DNA of 64,000 bases. Source: an uncultured Chloroflexia bacterium (GTDB taxonomy: Bacteria > Chloroflexota > Limnocylindria > Limnocylindrales > CSP1-4). Location of the stretch: the NCBI GenBank assembly GCA_963776355.1, contig CAVZLU010000006.1:946575-1010574 (forward strand), in the 5' to 3' direction. The notes beneath the pieces are model-generated. The model saw nothing but the letters and a program-made list of their open reading frames with translations, made no database searches and was not told the origin of the DNA. Both the position numbers and the translations under genes were made by a program. This document shows, piece by piece, positions 9,511-20,213 of the stretch (positions are counted from its first letter, which is position 1; each line of letters begins with the position of its first letter).

Positions 9511-10673
9511 TCACGCGCCGCGCTCCACGGCGATCCATCGACCCTCCCGCGCGCTGGCGGCGACGGCGTCGTTGACGAGCATCTCGTCGTGCCCGTCGGC
9601 GAACGTCGGGTAGGCCGGGCGGGCTGCGGGCCCGCCCGCCGCCACGTCCGCGTAGACCGTCCGGAAATGGGCCTTGAACGTGTCCGCGAATCCCTCCGCG
9701 TGACCGCCGGGGAGGCTGGCCGCGGCCGTCCCGGCGGCATTCATGAGCGCCGGGTTGCGGAGCAGCAGCTCGTTCGGACGCTCGCGATGACCCAGCCAGA
9801 GCTCGTCCGGGCGCTCCGAGTCCCAGGCGGCGGCCGCGGTCGACCCGTCGATCTGGTACCGGAGGGAGTTCTTGCGGCCTGCGCTCACCTGCGAGATCGC
9901 AACCGCGCCCCGCGCCCCGTTGGCGAAGCGGAGGAGGATCGTGGCGGCGTCGTCGGTGACCATCTCCCGCGGCGTCGTATGTCGCCGCGCGTTCTGTTGA
10001 ATACGTCTCGACCGGTCCCGCGGGCTGATGGCGAACCTTGACGAAGGTTGCCAGGTCGGCCATGACACTCTCGATCCGGACGCCGCCGATGCAGCTGACG
10101 AGGTCCAGCCAGTGGGAGCCGATGTCCCCGACGGCACGGAGCGAGCCGCCCTCGGCCGGGTCGAGGCGCCAGTTCCAGTCCGTGTCGAGGAGCAGCCAAT
10201 CCTGCAGGTAATGGCCGCTGACGAAGCGGACCTCGCCCAGCTCTCCCTCGGCGACGAGGCGCGCGAGGTGCTGGTTCAGGGGATAGAAGCGGACGTTGAA
10301 GTTCACCGCGTTGACCGTGCCGGCCGCCTTCGCCAGCCGGACGAGCTCGGCGGATTCGGCCGACGTCGTGGCCAGGGGCTTCTCGCAGACCACGTGCTTC
10401 CCGGCCGCGAGGATGCGGGTGACCTGCGCGGCATGGAGTGCGTTGGGCGACGTGACGTGGACGACCTCCACGCGGTCGTCGGCGAGCATCTGCTCCATGG
10501 AGGCATAGGCCCCTGACAGACCGAGGTCGGCGGCCCGCTGCGCGCCGTGCTCCGCCGACACCTCGAGGAGCCCGCGGATGGGGACACCGAGGCGCCGCAG
10601 GGCCTCGATGTGGACGGTGCCGATGAACCCGCTGCCGATCACGGCGGCGCCGATGTCGCTGATTTCGTCTCAC
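9511..10673 (-). CDS. Gfo/Idh/MocA family oxidoreductase (frameshifted near 9990 and near the start)
   Basis: IGSGFIG, TSPNALH, CEKPLA and DIGSH in one frame; VTDDAATILLRFANGARG and EGFADTF in another. Confidence 0.88.
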
Positions 10674-10898
10674 GCGGGCAGGCCTCGGTCATCGACGATG
10701 CGCCGCCCACACGCCTGGACGGCCAGACGACAATGTAGCGAGGCGCTGCTGCCGCCGCCGGGCGATCCCGCGCAGATCCCGAGCGCCGGCTCGCGCTGGA
10801 GGTCGTGCCGGCCGGCGAAGGCGGCTCGCGCGGGACGTCACGTCGGCCCGCGAAGCAGTCGGCCGGCGAAGCGGCCCGCCCCCTGCGATCATCGCCGG

Positions 10899-12657
10899 AT
10901 GCCCAGCCCCGACGCGCTCCGTCTCGTCGACGACCTCTTCCGCTCGTTCGCGACCGCGCCCACCGGCCCGCCGGGCGTGACCTGGGGCGTCGTCGCGGAC
11001 GGGGCGCTCGTGCATGCCGGCGGGATCGGCACGCTCCGCGACGGCGAGACCCTTCCGCCCGACGCCGACAGCGTCTTCCGGATCGCGTCCATGACGAAGA
11101 GCTTCAGCGCGGCCGCGCTGCTCCTCCTTCGTGCCGAGGGCCGGCTCGCCCTGGACGACCCGGTGGCGCGCCTCGTTCCCGAGCTCAGCGACCTCCGCGG
11201 GCCGACCCGTGACTCGCCGCCGGTCACGGTCCGCCACCTCATGACGATGTCAGCCGGGCTCCCGACCGACGACCCGCTCGGCGACCGGCTGCAGGGCCTC
11301 CCGATCGGCGAGTTCGCCGCCCTCATGCGCGCCGGCATCTCGTTCGCCTGGCCGCCCGGGACGACCTTCGAGTACTCGAATCTCGGCTACGAAATCCTCG
11401 GGCGGGTGATCTCGAACGCGGCCGGCCGCGAGTACCGCGAGTTCGTCGAGGAACGCCTGCTGCGGCCCCTCGGGATGACCTCGACGACATACCTGCTCGC
11501 GGACGTCCCGCCGGAGCGGTTGGCGCTGGGTTACGTTCGGCGTGACGAACGGTTCGAGCCGGAGCCGATCGACGGCTACGGTGCCCTGGCCGCGATGGGC
11601 GGCATCTTCAGCACGGTCGGTGACCTCGCCCGCTGGGTGGCGGGCTTCAGCACCGCGTTCCCGGCTCGCGACGACCCCGAGGATGGCCATCCGCTCCCGC
11701 GCGCCGTTCGCCGGGAGATGCAGCAGGTCCCAGCGGGCGCTGCCGCCCGAGGTCGTCTACGACGGGACCGGCCCGGTGCCCGCCGTCACCTCGACCGGAT
11801 ACGGACTCGGGCTGTTCGTGGTCCACGATCTCGAGATCGGCACGGTGATCGGTCACTCCGGCGGTTACCCGGGCTACGGCTCGAACATGCGCTGGCACCC
11901 GGGCTCCGGCCTCGGGGTCGTGGCCCTCGCCAATGCCCGCTACGCGCGCGTCTCGATCCCGGCAGCCGACGCGTTGCGGGTGCTCGTGCGGGACGGCGCC
12001 GCGACCGTTCGGCGCGTCCGTCCCGCGCCGGCCACCGAGCGGCTGCGGGCCGCTGCCGAGGAGCTGCTGCAGGACTGGGACGACCGGCTCGCGGACGCCG
12101 TCTTCGCCCCGAACATGGATCTCGACGAGCCGCGCGAACGCCGGCGCGCCGAGGTCGCCCGGCTCCACGCGCGCCTCGGGGCGCTGGGCCCCGATGACGT
12201 GCCCCCGGCCAGCGACTCGCCGGCCCACCTCCGCTGGTGGCTCCGTGGCGAGCACGGCCGCCTGCGGGTCGAGCTGCTGGCCACGGCCGAGGCCGCGCCG
12301 CGGATCCAGTCGCTGGAGCTGCTCGTGGTCCCGGAACCTGCCGGCGCGCTCGCCGGACTTGCCGAGCGGGTCGTGGGGCTCCTCGACGAGGAGCTTCCGC
12401 AGTGGCCCGACGACATGCCGCTCGCGCCGGCGGTCGATCGGGCGGCACTCGCGCGCGGCCTGCGGGCGGCGGCGCTCCTCCTGGGGTCGTCGCGGGTCGG
12501 CCGGCCGATCGGAGGCGACGGCGAGCGGCGCCTGGTCACCGAGGTGATCGGCGCGCGGGGCCGCGGCGAGCTCCGCCTGGAGGTGGATGCTGACGGCACC
12601 GTCATGAAGGCGCTCGTGGCCCCGGCCCGCGTCGCCGCGCCGCCCGAGGCGCCCTGA
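10899..12657 (+). CDS. Serine hydrolase, beta-lactamase class C-like fold (frameshift near 11740)
   Basis: SMTK (SxxK), YSN and HSGG motifs across two frames, with a C-terminal extension. Confidence 0.85.
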
Positions 12658-12836
12658 GCGTGGCCTTCGCGCAGCGACGCGACGTGTTGCCCGGCCGATT
12701 GCCTCGGGGTGCTGCCCTCGTGGCAGACTGGCGTACGGCAGCCGTGGCAGGTCCGGAAGGCCACGGTGTGCCGTCGTGTCGCCCGCCGCATGGCGCGCGA
12801 ACGAGGTGGCCCGGCGTCAGTGCGGGGAGATCGACG

Positions 12837-14798
12837 ATGCACTTTGCGACCACGCCTGAAGAGGTCCGCTCGATCACCGACGCGGCCCTGGCCGAGGCCG
12901 ACGCCCTCGTGGCGACGGCCGTCGCCACGGGCGGGGCCGGCTCCTTTTCGACCGTGCTCCTGCCCCTCGACGAGGCGGACGCGCGCCTGTCCGCCGCCTA
13001 CGCCGCGGGAGCGTTCATGGCTCGAGTCCACGTTGACCCGGCAGTCCGTGACGCGGGCCAGGAGGCCGAGGAGCGCCTCGACCGATGGCGTGTGGATCTC
13101 CCGTTCCGGGAGGATCTCGCGGCCGCGGTGTTCGCCTTCGAGCGCAGCGACGCCGCGGCGGCCCTCGCCGGCGAGCCGCGCCGCTTCCTGGACCGCCTCG
13201 TTCGCGACCTCCGGCGTGCCGGCCACGCGCTCGACCCGGCGACGCGGGACGAGGTCCGCGGCCTTCTTGGGCGCCTGGTCGACCTGCAGTCGTCGTTCGA
13301 GCGGAACATCGACGAGTTCGAGGACGGCCTCGAGCTGACCCGCGAGGAGCTCGACGGGCTCGCCGACGACTACGTGGCCGGGCTTCGCCCGGGGACCGCG
13401 CCGGGGACCCACCGCGTCAGCCTCGACGCGCCGGAGATCTACCCGTTCCTGGCGCAGGCACGGCGGCGCGACCTCCGCCGCGACCTGGAGCGCCGGGAGT
13501 TCAACGCCGCCCGCGACGCCAACGAGCCGCTCCTCGCCGAGGCGCTGGCCATCAGGCGCCGGGTCGCGACGCTGCTGGGCTACCCGTCGTGGGCCCACTA
13601 CGCCGTCGAGGTCAAGATGGCCGCCGATCCGGCTGCCGTGCGCCGCCTCTACGACATGATCGTCCCGCCGCTGCAGGCGGCGATGGCCCTCGAGGTGCGT
13701 CGACTCGAGGAGATCCTCAGCGCCGACGGGGACGAGCCTCCACTCCGGACCTGGGACTGGCGCTACTGCGACACCCGCCTGCGCGTCCGCGACTACGCCG
13801 TCGACCCCGACGAGCTGCGCGGCTTCCTGCCCCTCGACGCCGTGTTCGATGGCCTTCTCGGGCTCGCGGCCGAGGTCCTCGGGCTGACGTTCGAGCGCAT
13901 CGACGACGCGGCGGCCTGGCACCCGGAGGTTCACCGCTTCCGCGTCCGCGACGCCGCCAGCGGCGCCGAGATCGGCGACGTCCTCATGGATCTCCACCCG
14001 CGCGAGGGGAAGTTCGGGCACGCGGCGGCGTGGCCGCTCGTGCCCGGCCGGCGCCTGCCGGATGGCACCTACCAGAAGCCGCTGACGGCCATCGTGGCCA
14101 ACCTCCCCCGGCCGACCGCGGAGCGGCCGGCGCTGCTGCGCCACGAGGACGTCGTCGTGCTCTTCCACGAGTTCGGCCATGTCCTCCACATGACCTTGAC
14201 GCGCGCGGAGCTGGTCCGCTTCTCCGGCGCCAACACGGAGTGGGACTTCGTCGAGGCGCCGAGCCAGATCCTCGAGCACTGGGCATGGCAGCCGAGCGTG
14301 CTCGCCCGGTTCGCCCGTCATCACGCGACCGGCGAGCCGATCCCGGGGGCGCTCGTCGAGCGCCTCGTCGCGAGCCGCAACCTGGACGTGGCCCTCAAGA
14401 CCCTGCGCCAGTGCTACCTGGGGCTGCTGGACCTCGGGCTCCACGGACCCGAGGAGACGCGCGACATCGGAGCCGTCGACCGGGCCGCGTTCGCCGCCTG
14501 GGGGCTCCCGTATCACGAGGGCACGCTCTACCCGTGCCAGTTCGGGCACCTGATGGGCGGCTACGACGCCGGCTACTACGGGTACCTGTGGTCGAAGGTC
14601 TATGGCGACGACATGTTCGGCCGGTTCGAGGCGGAGGGGGTCACCTCGCCATCCGTCGGCGCCGACTACCGGCGCGAGATCCTCGAGCCGAACGGCAGCC
14701 AGGACGGCATCGACCTGCTGCGGGCGTTCCTTGGACGGGACCCATCGCCGGCCACCTTCCTGCGCCTCCTCGGGATCGCGGAGGGCGTGCCCGGCTGA
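12837..14798 (+). CDS. M3 family zinc oligopeptidase (thimet oligopeptidase-like)
   Basis: DLHPREGK, LFHEFGH, DFVEAPSQILE and YDAGYYGYLW. Confidence 0.93.
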   Translation: MHFATTPEEVRSITDAALAEADALVATAVATGGAGSFSTVLLPLDEADARLSAAYAAGAFMARVHVDPAVRDAGQEAEERLDRWRVDLPFREDLAAAVFAFERSDAAAALAGEPRRFLDRLVRDLRRAGHALDPATRDEVRGLLGRLVDLQSSFERNIDEFEDGLELTREELDGLADDYVAGLRPGTAPGTHRVSLDAPEIYPFLAQARRRDLRRDLERREFNAARDANEPLLAEALAIRRRVATLLGYPSWAHYAVEVKMAADPAAVRRLYDMIVPPLQAAMALEVRRLEEILSADGDEPPLRTWDWRYCDTRLRVRDYAVDPDELRGFLPLDAVFDGLLGLAAEVLGLTFERIDDAAAWHPEVHRFRVRDAASGAEIGDVLMDLHPREGKFGHAAAWPLVPGRRLPDGTYQKPLTAIVANLPRPTAERPALLRHEDVVVLFHEFGHVLHMTLTRAELVRFSGANTEWDFVEAPSQILEHWAWQPSVLARFARHHATGEPIPGALVERLVASRNLDVALKTLRQCYLGLLDLGLHGPEETRDIGAVDRAAFAAWGLPYHEGTLYPCQFGHLMGGYDAGYYGYLWSKVYGDDMFGRFEAEGVTSPSVGADYRREILEPNGSQDGIDLLRAFLGRDPSPATFLRLLGIAEGVPG

Positions 14799-14829
14799 CG
14801 GGTCGCCTCGCGGTCGCACCGAGCAGCCG

Positions 14830-16265
14830 TCAGACCGCCTTGACCGCGGAGATCAGCTGGGCCAGGCCTTCCTTGGCGTCGGCGAAGAGCATGCCCGTCT
14901 TGGGGTTCACGTACAGCTCGTTGTCGATGCCGGCATAGCCGCGTCCCATGGACCGCTTGATCACGATGATCGACTTCGCGTGGTCCACGTTGAGGATCGG
15001 CATGCCCGAGACCGGGTTGCCCGGCCGGCGCGCGGCCGGGTTCGTGACGTCGTTGGCGCCGATGACCAGGGCCACGTCGCAGCGGTCGAACTCGGGGTTG
15101 ATGTCGTCCATCTCCTTGAGCTGGGGATAGGGCACGTTCGCCTCGGCGAGGAGGACGTTCATGTGCCCCGGCATCCGCCCGGCCACGGGGTGGATGGCGT
15201 ACGAGACGCTCACGCCCTTCTCCTCGAGCAGCTCGGCCAGCTCGCGCACGGCGTGCTGGGCCTGGGCCACCGCGAGGCCGTAGCCGGGGACGACGATCAC
15301 GCTGCTCGCGTACACCAGCTGGATCGCGACGTCGTCGGCCCCGATCGAGCGAACCGCACCGCCCGGCCCGCCGGCGCCATGGACCACCGCTCCCTCGCCG
15401 CCACCGAAGCCGCCGATCATGATGTTCACGATCGAGCGGTTCATGGCGTCCGCCATGAGCTTGGTGAGGATGCCGCCCGAGGCGCCGACGAGGGCGCCCG
15501 AGATGATGAGCACCGGGTTGTCCAGGACGAAGCCGGCCATGGCCACGGCGGTCCCGGTGAAGGCGTTCAGGAGCGAGATCACGACCGGCATGTCCGCCCC
15601 ACCGATCGGCAGGACCATCGTGATGCCGAAGACGACGGCCGAGGCCAGGATCACGCCCAGCACGAGCATCGCCACGGTGCCGTCGACCGTGAGCGTGCCC
15701 GCGGCGCCCAGCACGAGCAGCGCCGTGCCGGCGATCGTGACGACGGCGAGCGCGACGGTCAGGATCCGCGATCCAGCGAAGATGATCGGCTTGCCGCTGA
15801 TGATCCCCATAGCTTGCCCGAGGCGACGAGGGAGCCGCTGAACGTGATCGCCCCGATGACCACGTCGAGGACGACGAAGACGGTGGTCGAGACGATCGTG
15901 CCGCCGGCGCTCGTGAGGCGGATGAAGTCCGAGATCGCGACCAGGGCCGCCGCCCCGCCGCCGACCGCGTTGAAGAGCGAGACGAGCTGCGGCATCTCCG
16001 TCATCTGGACGTTGCGGGCGGTGTAGAGGCCCAGCCCTCCGCCGACCGCGAAGCCCACCACGATGATCACCCAGGCCGCGGCGTCCATCCCGCCGGGACG
16101 CGTGACCAGGCCGACCAGCGTCGCCAGGACGGCCACCACCATGCCCCCGGCCGACAGCAGGTTCCCGTTCCGCGCCGTGGCCGGCGAGTTCATCTGGTGA
16201 AGGCCCAGCACGAAGCAGACGGCGCCGCCCAGCTGGGCGAGGTAGACGAGGGTCCCGATGTCCAC
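14830..16265 (-). CDS. pntB: NAD(P) transhydrogenase beta subunit (frameshift near 15815)
   Basis: LVSLFNAVGGGAA, IGGADMPVVISLLN, VPGYGLAVAQAQH, HPVAGRMPGHMN and IGANDVTNPAA. Confidence 0.93.
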
Positions 16266-16277
16266 CGCCGCGGCCCG

Positions 16278-16586
16278 TCAGGCCTTGTCCACGGACTTCG
16301 GGGCCGCGGGCTTCTTCTTGAACATCTGGAGCATCCGGTCGGTCACCACGTAGCCGCCGACGACGTTCATGGCCCCGAAGGCCATGGCCACGAAGGCCAG
16401 CAGGTAGTCGAGCGGGTCCTTCGCCTCGGCGGCGATGATCATGCCGCCCACGAGGACGATCCCATGGATGGAGTTGGCGCCCGACATCAGGGGCGTGTGG
16501 AGGGTCGCCGGGACCTTGGCGATGACCTCGAACCCGACGAGGATCGCCAGGACGAAGATGGTGAGGGGGAAGAGCAGGTCGTTCAC
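16278..16586 (-). CDS. pntA: NAD(P) transhydrogenase alpha subunit, membrane part
   Basis: KVPATLHTPLMSGANSIHG and NVVGGYVVTDRML; GTG at 16586 overlaps the stop of the preceding subunit. Confidence 0.92.
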   Translation of the reverse strand: MNDLLFPLTIFVLAILVGFEVIAKVPATLHTPLMSGANSIHGIVLVGGMIIAAEAKDPLDYLLAFVAMAFGAMNVVGGYVVTDRMLQMFKKKPAAPKSVDKA

Positions 16587-17762
16587 GACGAGGCGCCTTT
16601 CGTGGCCGGGGCAGGTCCCGCGGGGGCGGGAGCGAGGAGCTTCGCGGTCGCCGGCTGGACGACCTTCCCGCCGTGGGTGATGAGGACGCCCGCGGTGATC
16701 TCGTCGGCGGGATCGAGGGTCAGGGCGCCGTCCTTGACCAGGTGCAGCAGCAGCGCCTGGAGGTTGCGGGCGTAGAACTGGCTGCCGCTGATCGGCACGG
16801 TCGCCGGCAGGTTCTCCGGGGCCAGGATGGCGACGCCGTTGTCGGTCCTTACGGTCTCCCCGGGCCTCGACAGCTCGCAGTTCCCGCCGAGGGCGCTGGC
16901 GGCCATGTCGAGGATCACCGAGCCCGGCTTCATCGCCCGGACGGCGTCGGCGGTCACGAGGACCGGCGGCTTGCGCCCCGGAACCTGGGCCGTGGTGATC
17001 ACCACGTCCATGGCGGCGATCACGCCGTTCAGCTCGGCCTGCTGGGCGGCCCGTTCCTCCGGCGGTGAGCTCGCGGGCGTAGCCGCCGCTCCCGGTGGCG
17101 TCGATCGCGGTCTTGAGGACGACGAACTGGGCGCCCAGCGACTCGGCCTGCTCCTTCGTCTCGGGCCGCACGTCGTAGGCCTTGACCACGGCGCCGAGGC
17201 GGCGTGCGGTGCCGATCGCCTGGAGCCCCGCCACCCCGATCCCCAGGACCAGGACGTTGGCCGGCTTGGCGGTCCCGGCCGCGGTCGTCAGGAGGGGGAA
17301 GTAGCGCCCGAACGCCTCGGCCGCGACCAGCACGGCCTTGTAGCCGCCGATGTTGGCCTGCGACGAGAGCACGTCCATCGTCTGCGCGCGCGACAGGGTG
17401 CGCGGGATCGCGTCGAGGCTGATCGCGGTCACGCCCTGGTCGGCCAGCACCTGCATCAGGCCGGGGTCGATCAGCGGGGACAGCAGTCCCACCACCGCCT
17501 GGCCGGCCCGGAGCTTGCCGACCTCGGCCGCGGAGGGCTTCTGGACCTTGACCACGCAGTCTGCCTGGGACCAGGCCTCGTCGCCCGAGACGAGCGTGGC
17601 CCCGGCCTCCTCGTACATCGCGTCGGTGAACGACGCGTCCGACCCGGCGCCGCGCTCCACGAGGACGTCGACCCCGGCGGCCTTCAGCTTGGGAAGGACG
17701 TCCGGGACAAGGGCCACACGGTGCTCGCCGGGCAGCGTCTCTCGCGGAACGCCGACCTTCAT
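16583..17762 (-). CDS. pntA: NAD(P) transhydrogenase alpha subunit, NAD-binding part (frameshift near 17065)
   Basis: MKVGVPRE, VLSSQANIGGYKAV and GIGVAGLQAI, then VITTAQVPGRKPP and GGNCELS in a second frame. Confidence 0.92.
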
Positions 17763-17998
17763 CTGGGCTCCCTGGAACAGTGCAAAGCAGCGGTAAGGAT
17801 AGCGTGTGGCCTTGCGACGTCCGCGTTGCGGCTTGGAGTCAAATCCACCTCGGCGTTTGCCCCGTGGTGGGAGATGCGCAGCGCGAAACGCCCCCGCGTG
17901 GCCCGCGCCAACGGCCGAGCGGGCCCCGCGTCAGCCTCGCGCCAGCGGCTGGGCAGGCGCCCCGCGTCGGCCTCGCGCCGGTCGGTCACAATCGCGCC

Positions 17999-18553
17999 GT
18001 GGTCACCGAGGCAGCCCGCACCCTGTCCGCCGAGCTGCTCTTCACGCTCGCGCTCGCGCTCGTCTTCGTCGCCTTCTTCCTCGTGCACCGGTGGGACCTC
18101 CGCCGTCGCGCGAGGCACATCGCCGCGGTGCGCTCGGCCGGGGACTTCGGTCCCCGCCGGGCTGCGGTCGCGGCCCTCGTCGCGGCCGCCGCCAGGATCG
18201 ACGCCGCCCGGGCGAACGACCTGGCCGCCGAGCGCCGCGTGGCGTTCGACTGGGACCCGCGCCTCGAGAAGATCCCCAAGGTCGCACGGGCGGCCCGTGA
18301 CCGCGCATTTGCCAACGAGCGGGACGACGTCGCCCGGGCGGCCGCCGATGCCGCCCGTGACGCGGCGAGCGGAGCCCTGGCCGTCGCTTCCGTGGATGCC
18401 CGGGTCCGCCTGGAGGCCGCCGAGTGCGCGGCCGAGACGGCCGGAGCCCTCGTCGCGGCGGAGCGGATCCCGTCGGCCGAGTTCCGGATGCTCACCCGGG
18501 CCTGGCGGACGGTGGTTGGGCCCGTGGGCGTGCAGCCCCGCAAGGACCCCTGA
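17999..18553 (+). CDS. Hypothetical protein with an N-terminal TM helix
   Basis: LLFTLALALVFVAFFLVH followed by an Ala/Arg-rich helical domain; CACAAT box 6 nt before the GTG. Confidence 0.55.
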   Translation: MVTEAARTLSAELLFTLALALVFVAFFLVHRWDLRRRARHIAAVRSAGDFGPRRAAVAALVAAAARIDAARANDLAAERRVAFDWDPRLEKIPKVARAARDRAFANERDDVARAAADAARDAASGALAVASVDARVRLEAAECAAETAGALVAAERIPSAEFRMLTRAWRTVVGPVGVQPRKDP

Positions 18554-18649
18554 CGGCCGTCGCGGCGGTCGCCGCGGCTCCCAGGCGATACCGGTGGGGC
18601 TACCATGGGCAGCACGGCGAGCCTCGCCGACGGCAACCGGAGGCCCGCG

Positions 18650-19111
18650 ATGACCAGCGAACCACAGCCGACCCCCGCCCTCGAGGCCGCTGCCCGCCGC
18701 CGGCGGGAGCTGCGGGAAGCCCTCGTGGCGTTCGAGGACGCCCTCTCCTCGCCCGTCCGGGACCGCGAGGCCTGGCGGGCCGAGGTAGCCGACGCGCTCG
18801 AGGTGCTCGGGAACGCGTTCGAGGACCACGTGACCGAGACCGAGACCGGCGGCGGCCTCTACGACGAGATGGAGGACATCGCCCCGCACCTGGCCGCCAA
18901 GGCGGGTCGCCTCCGCGAGGAGCACCCCCAGATCGCGGCCGCGCTGGTGGGGGCGGGCGCGACGCTGGCCGGCCCGATCGCGGACGAGGCCCAGGTCGAT
19001 GCGGTGCGCGATGACCTCCAGCGCCTGATGGGACGCATCGTTCGCCACCGCCAGCACGGCGCCGACCTCGTCTGGGAGGCCTACGCGATCGACATCGGCG
19101 CCGCCGGCTGA
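18650..19111 (+). CDS. Hemerythrin-like four-helix protein with partial metal ligands
   Basis: RBS GGAGG; FEDHVTETE, LREEH and IVRHRQ pattern. Confidence 0.65.
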   Translation: MTSEPQPTPALEAAARRRRELREALVAFEDALSSPVRDREAWRAEVADALEVLGNAFEDHVTETETGGGLYDEMEDIAPHLAAKAGRLREEHPQIAAALVGAGATLAGPIADEAQVDAVRDDLQRLMGRIVRHRQHGADLVWEAYAIDIGAAG

Positions 19112-19161
19112 CCCGCGTGGGGGAGCGGTCGCGGGCCGGGCCGCCCGCAGCGCCCGACCCG

Positions 19162-20176
19162 ATGTCGGCGCCTCCCACAGCGCCCCACCGGGCGTCGTCG
19201 TCGCCCGCGACCTCGGCCCCTCCGTCGGGGCGGCCCGGGGCTCGGACCGATCCGCTGGCCCCGCTCCTCGCCAACGGCGGCGTCACCGTCATCGACGGCG
19301 GCCTGGCCACCGAGCTCGAGGCGGCCGGCCACGACTTGCGCGATCACCTCTGGTCGGCACGGCTCCTGGCCGACGATCCGGAGGCGATCGTCTCCGCCCA
19401 CCTCGCCTACTTCCGAGCTGGGGCGCGCATCGCGATCACGTCGAGCTACCAGGCGACCTTCCCGGGGTTCGCGGCGGTCGGGATCGGCCGGGCCGGGGCC
19501 GAGGTTCTCCTGCGCCGCAGCGTCGAGCTGGCGGCCGAGGCGCGATCCAGGTTTCGCGCCGAGCGCGCGCCGGCCGACCAGGGTCCGCTCCTGGTCGCGG
19601 CCTCGATCGGCCCGTATGGCGCCTTCCTTGCCGACGGCTCGGAGTACCGCGGCCGGTATGGCCTGGGCCGCGATGCCCTGCGCGCGTTCCACCGCGACCG
19701 GCTGCGGATCCTGTGGGAGGCCGGCCCCGACCTGCTCGCCTGCGAGACCATCCCCGATCTCGACGAGGTCGAGGCCCTGGTGGACCTGCTGGCCGAGACG
19801 GGCGCGGCGGCCTGGGTCTCGTTCTCGTGCGCCGACGGCGGGCACCTGCGCGACGGGACCCGGGTGGAGACGGCCGCGGCGGTCGCGGAAGCGTGCGCCG
19901 CGGTGGTCGCGGTCGGCGTCAACTGCACGGCGCCGGAGCACGTCGAGGAGCTGGTGCGGCGGATCGCCGCGACGACGGCGAAGGCGATCGTCGTCTATCC
20001 CAACTCCGGGGAAGAATGGGATCCGCAGCGTCGCGCGCTGGCTCCCCACCGCCGGCGCGATCGTCGACGTGACCTCGGCCCGCCGCTGGGCCACCGCGGG
20101 AGCGCGCCTGGTCGGCGGCTGCTGCCGCGTCGGCCCCCGACGGATCGCCGAGCTCGCGGCCGCGTTCGGCGGCTGA
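19162..20176 (+). CDS. mmuM: Homocysteine S-methyltransferase (MmuM-like; frameshift near 20035)
   Basis: IDGGLATELE, SIGPYGA, ACETIP, GVNC and YPNSGE, then LVGGCCRVGP zinc motif in a second frame. Confidence 0.88.
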
Positions 20177-20213
20177 CGGCCAGCCGCCGGATCGCGCCAC
20201 CCGGGCGACAGTC

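Noticed and set aside
12737-12772. SRP RNA, suggested by CAGGTCCGGAAGG
   Set aside because: The required AGCAG half of the internal loop is absent (CCACG follows instead) and there is no long flanking SRP stem.
16278-17762. Single fused 494-aa PntA
   Set aside because: The middle of the ORF is out of frame; it is two genes joined by an indel.
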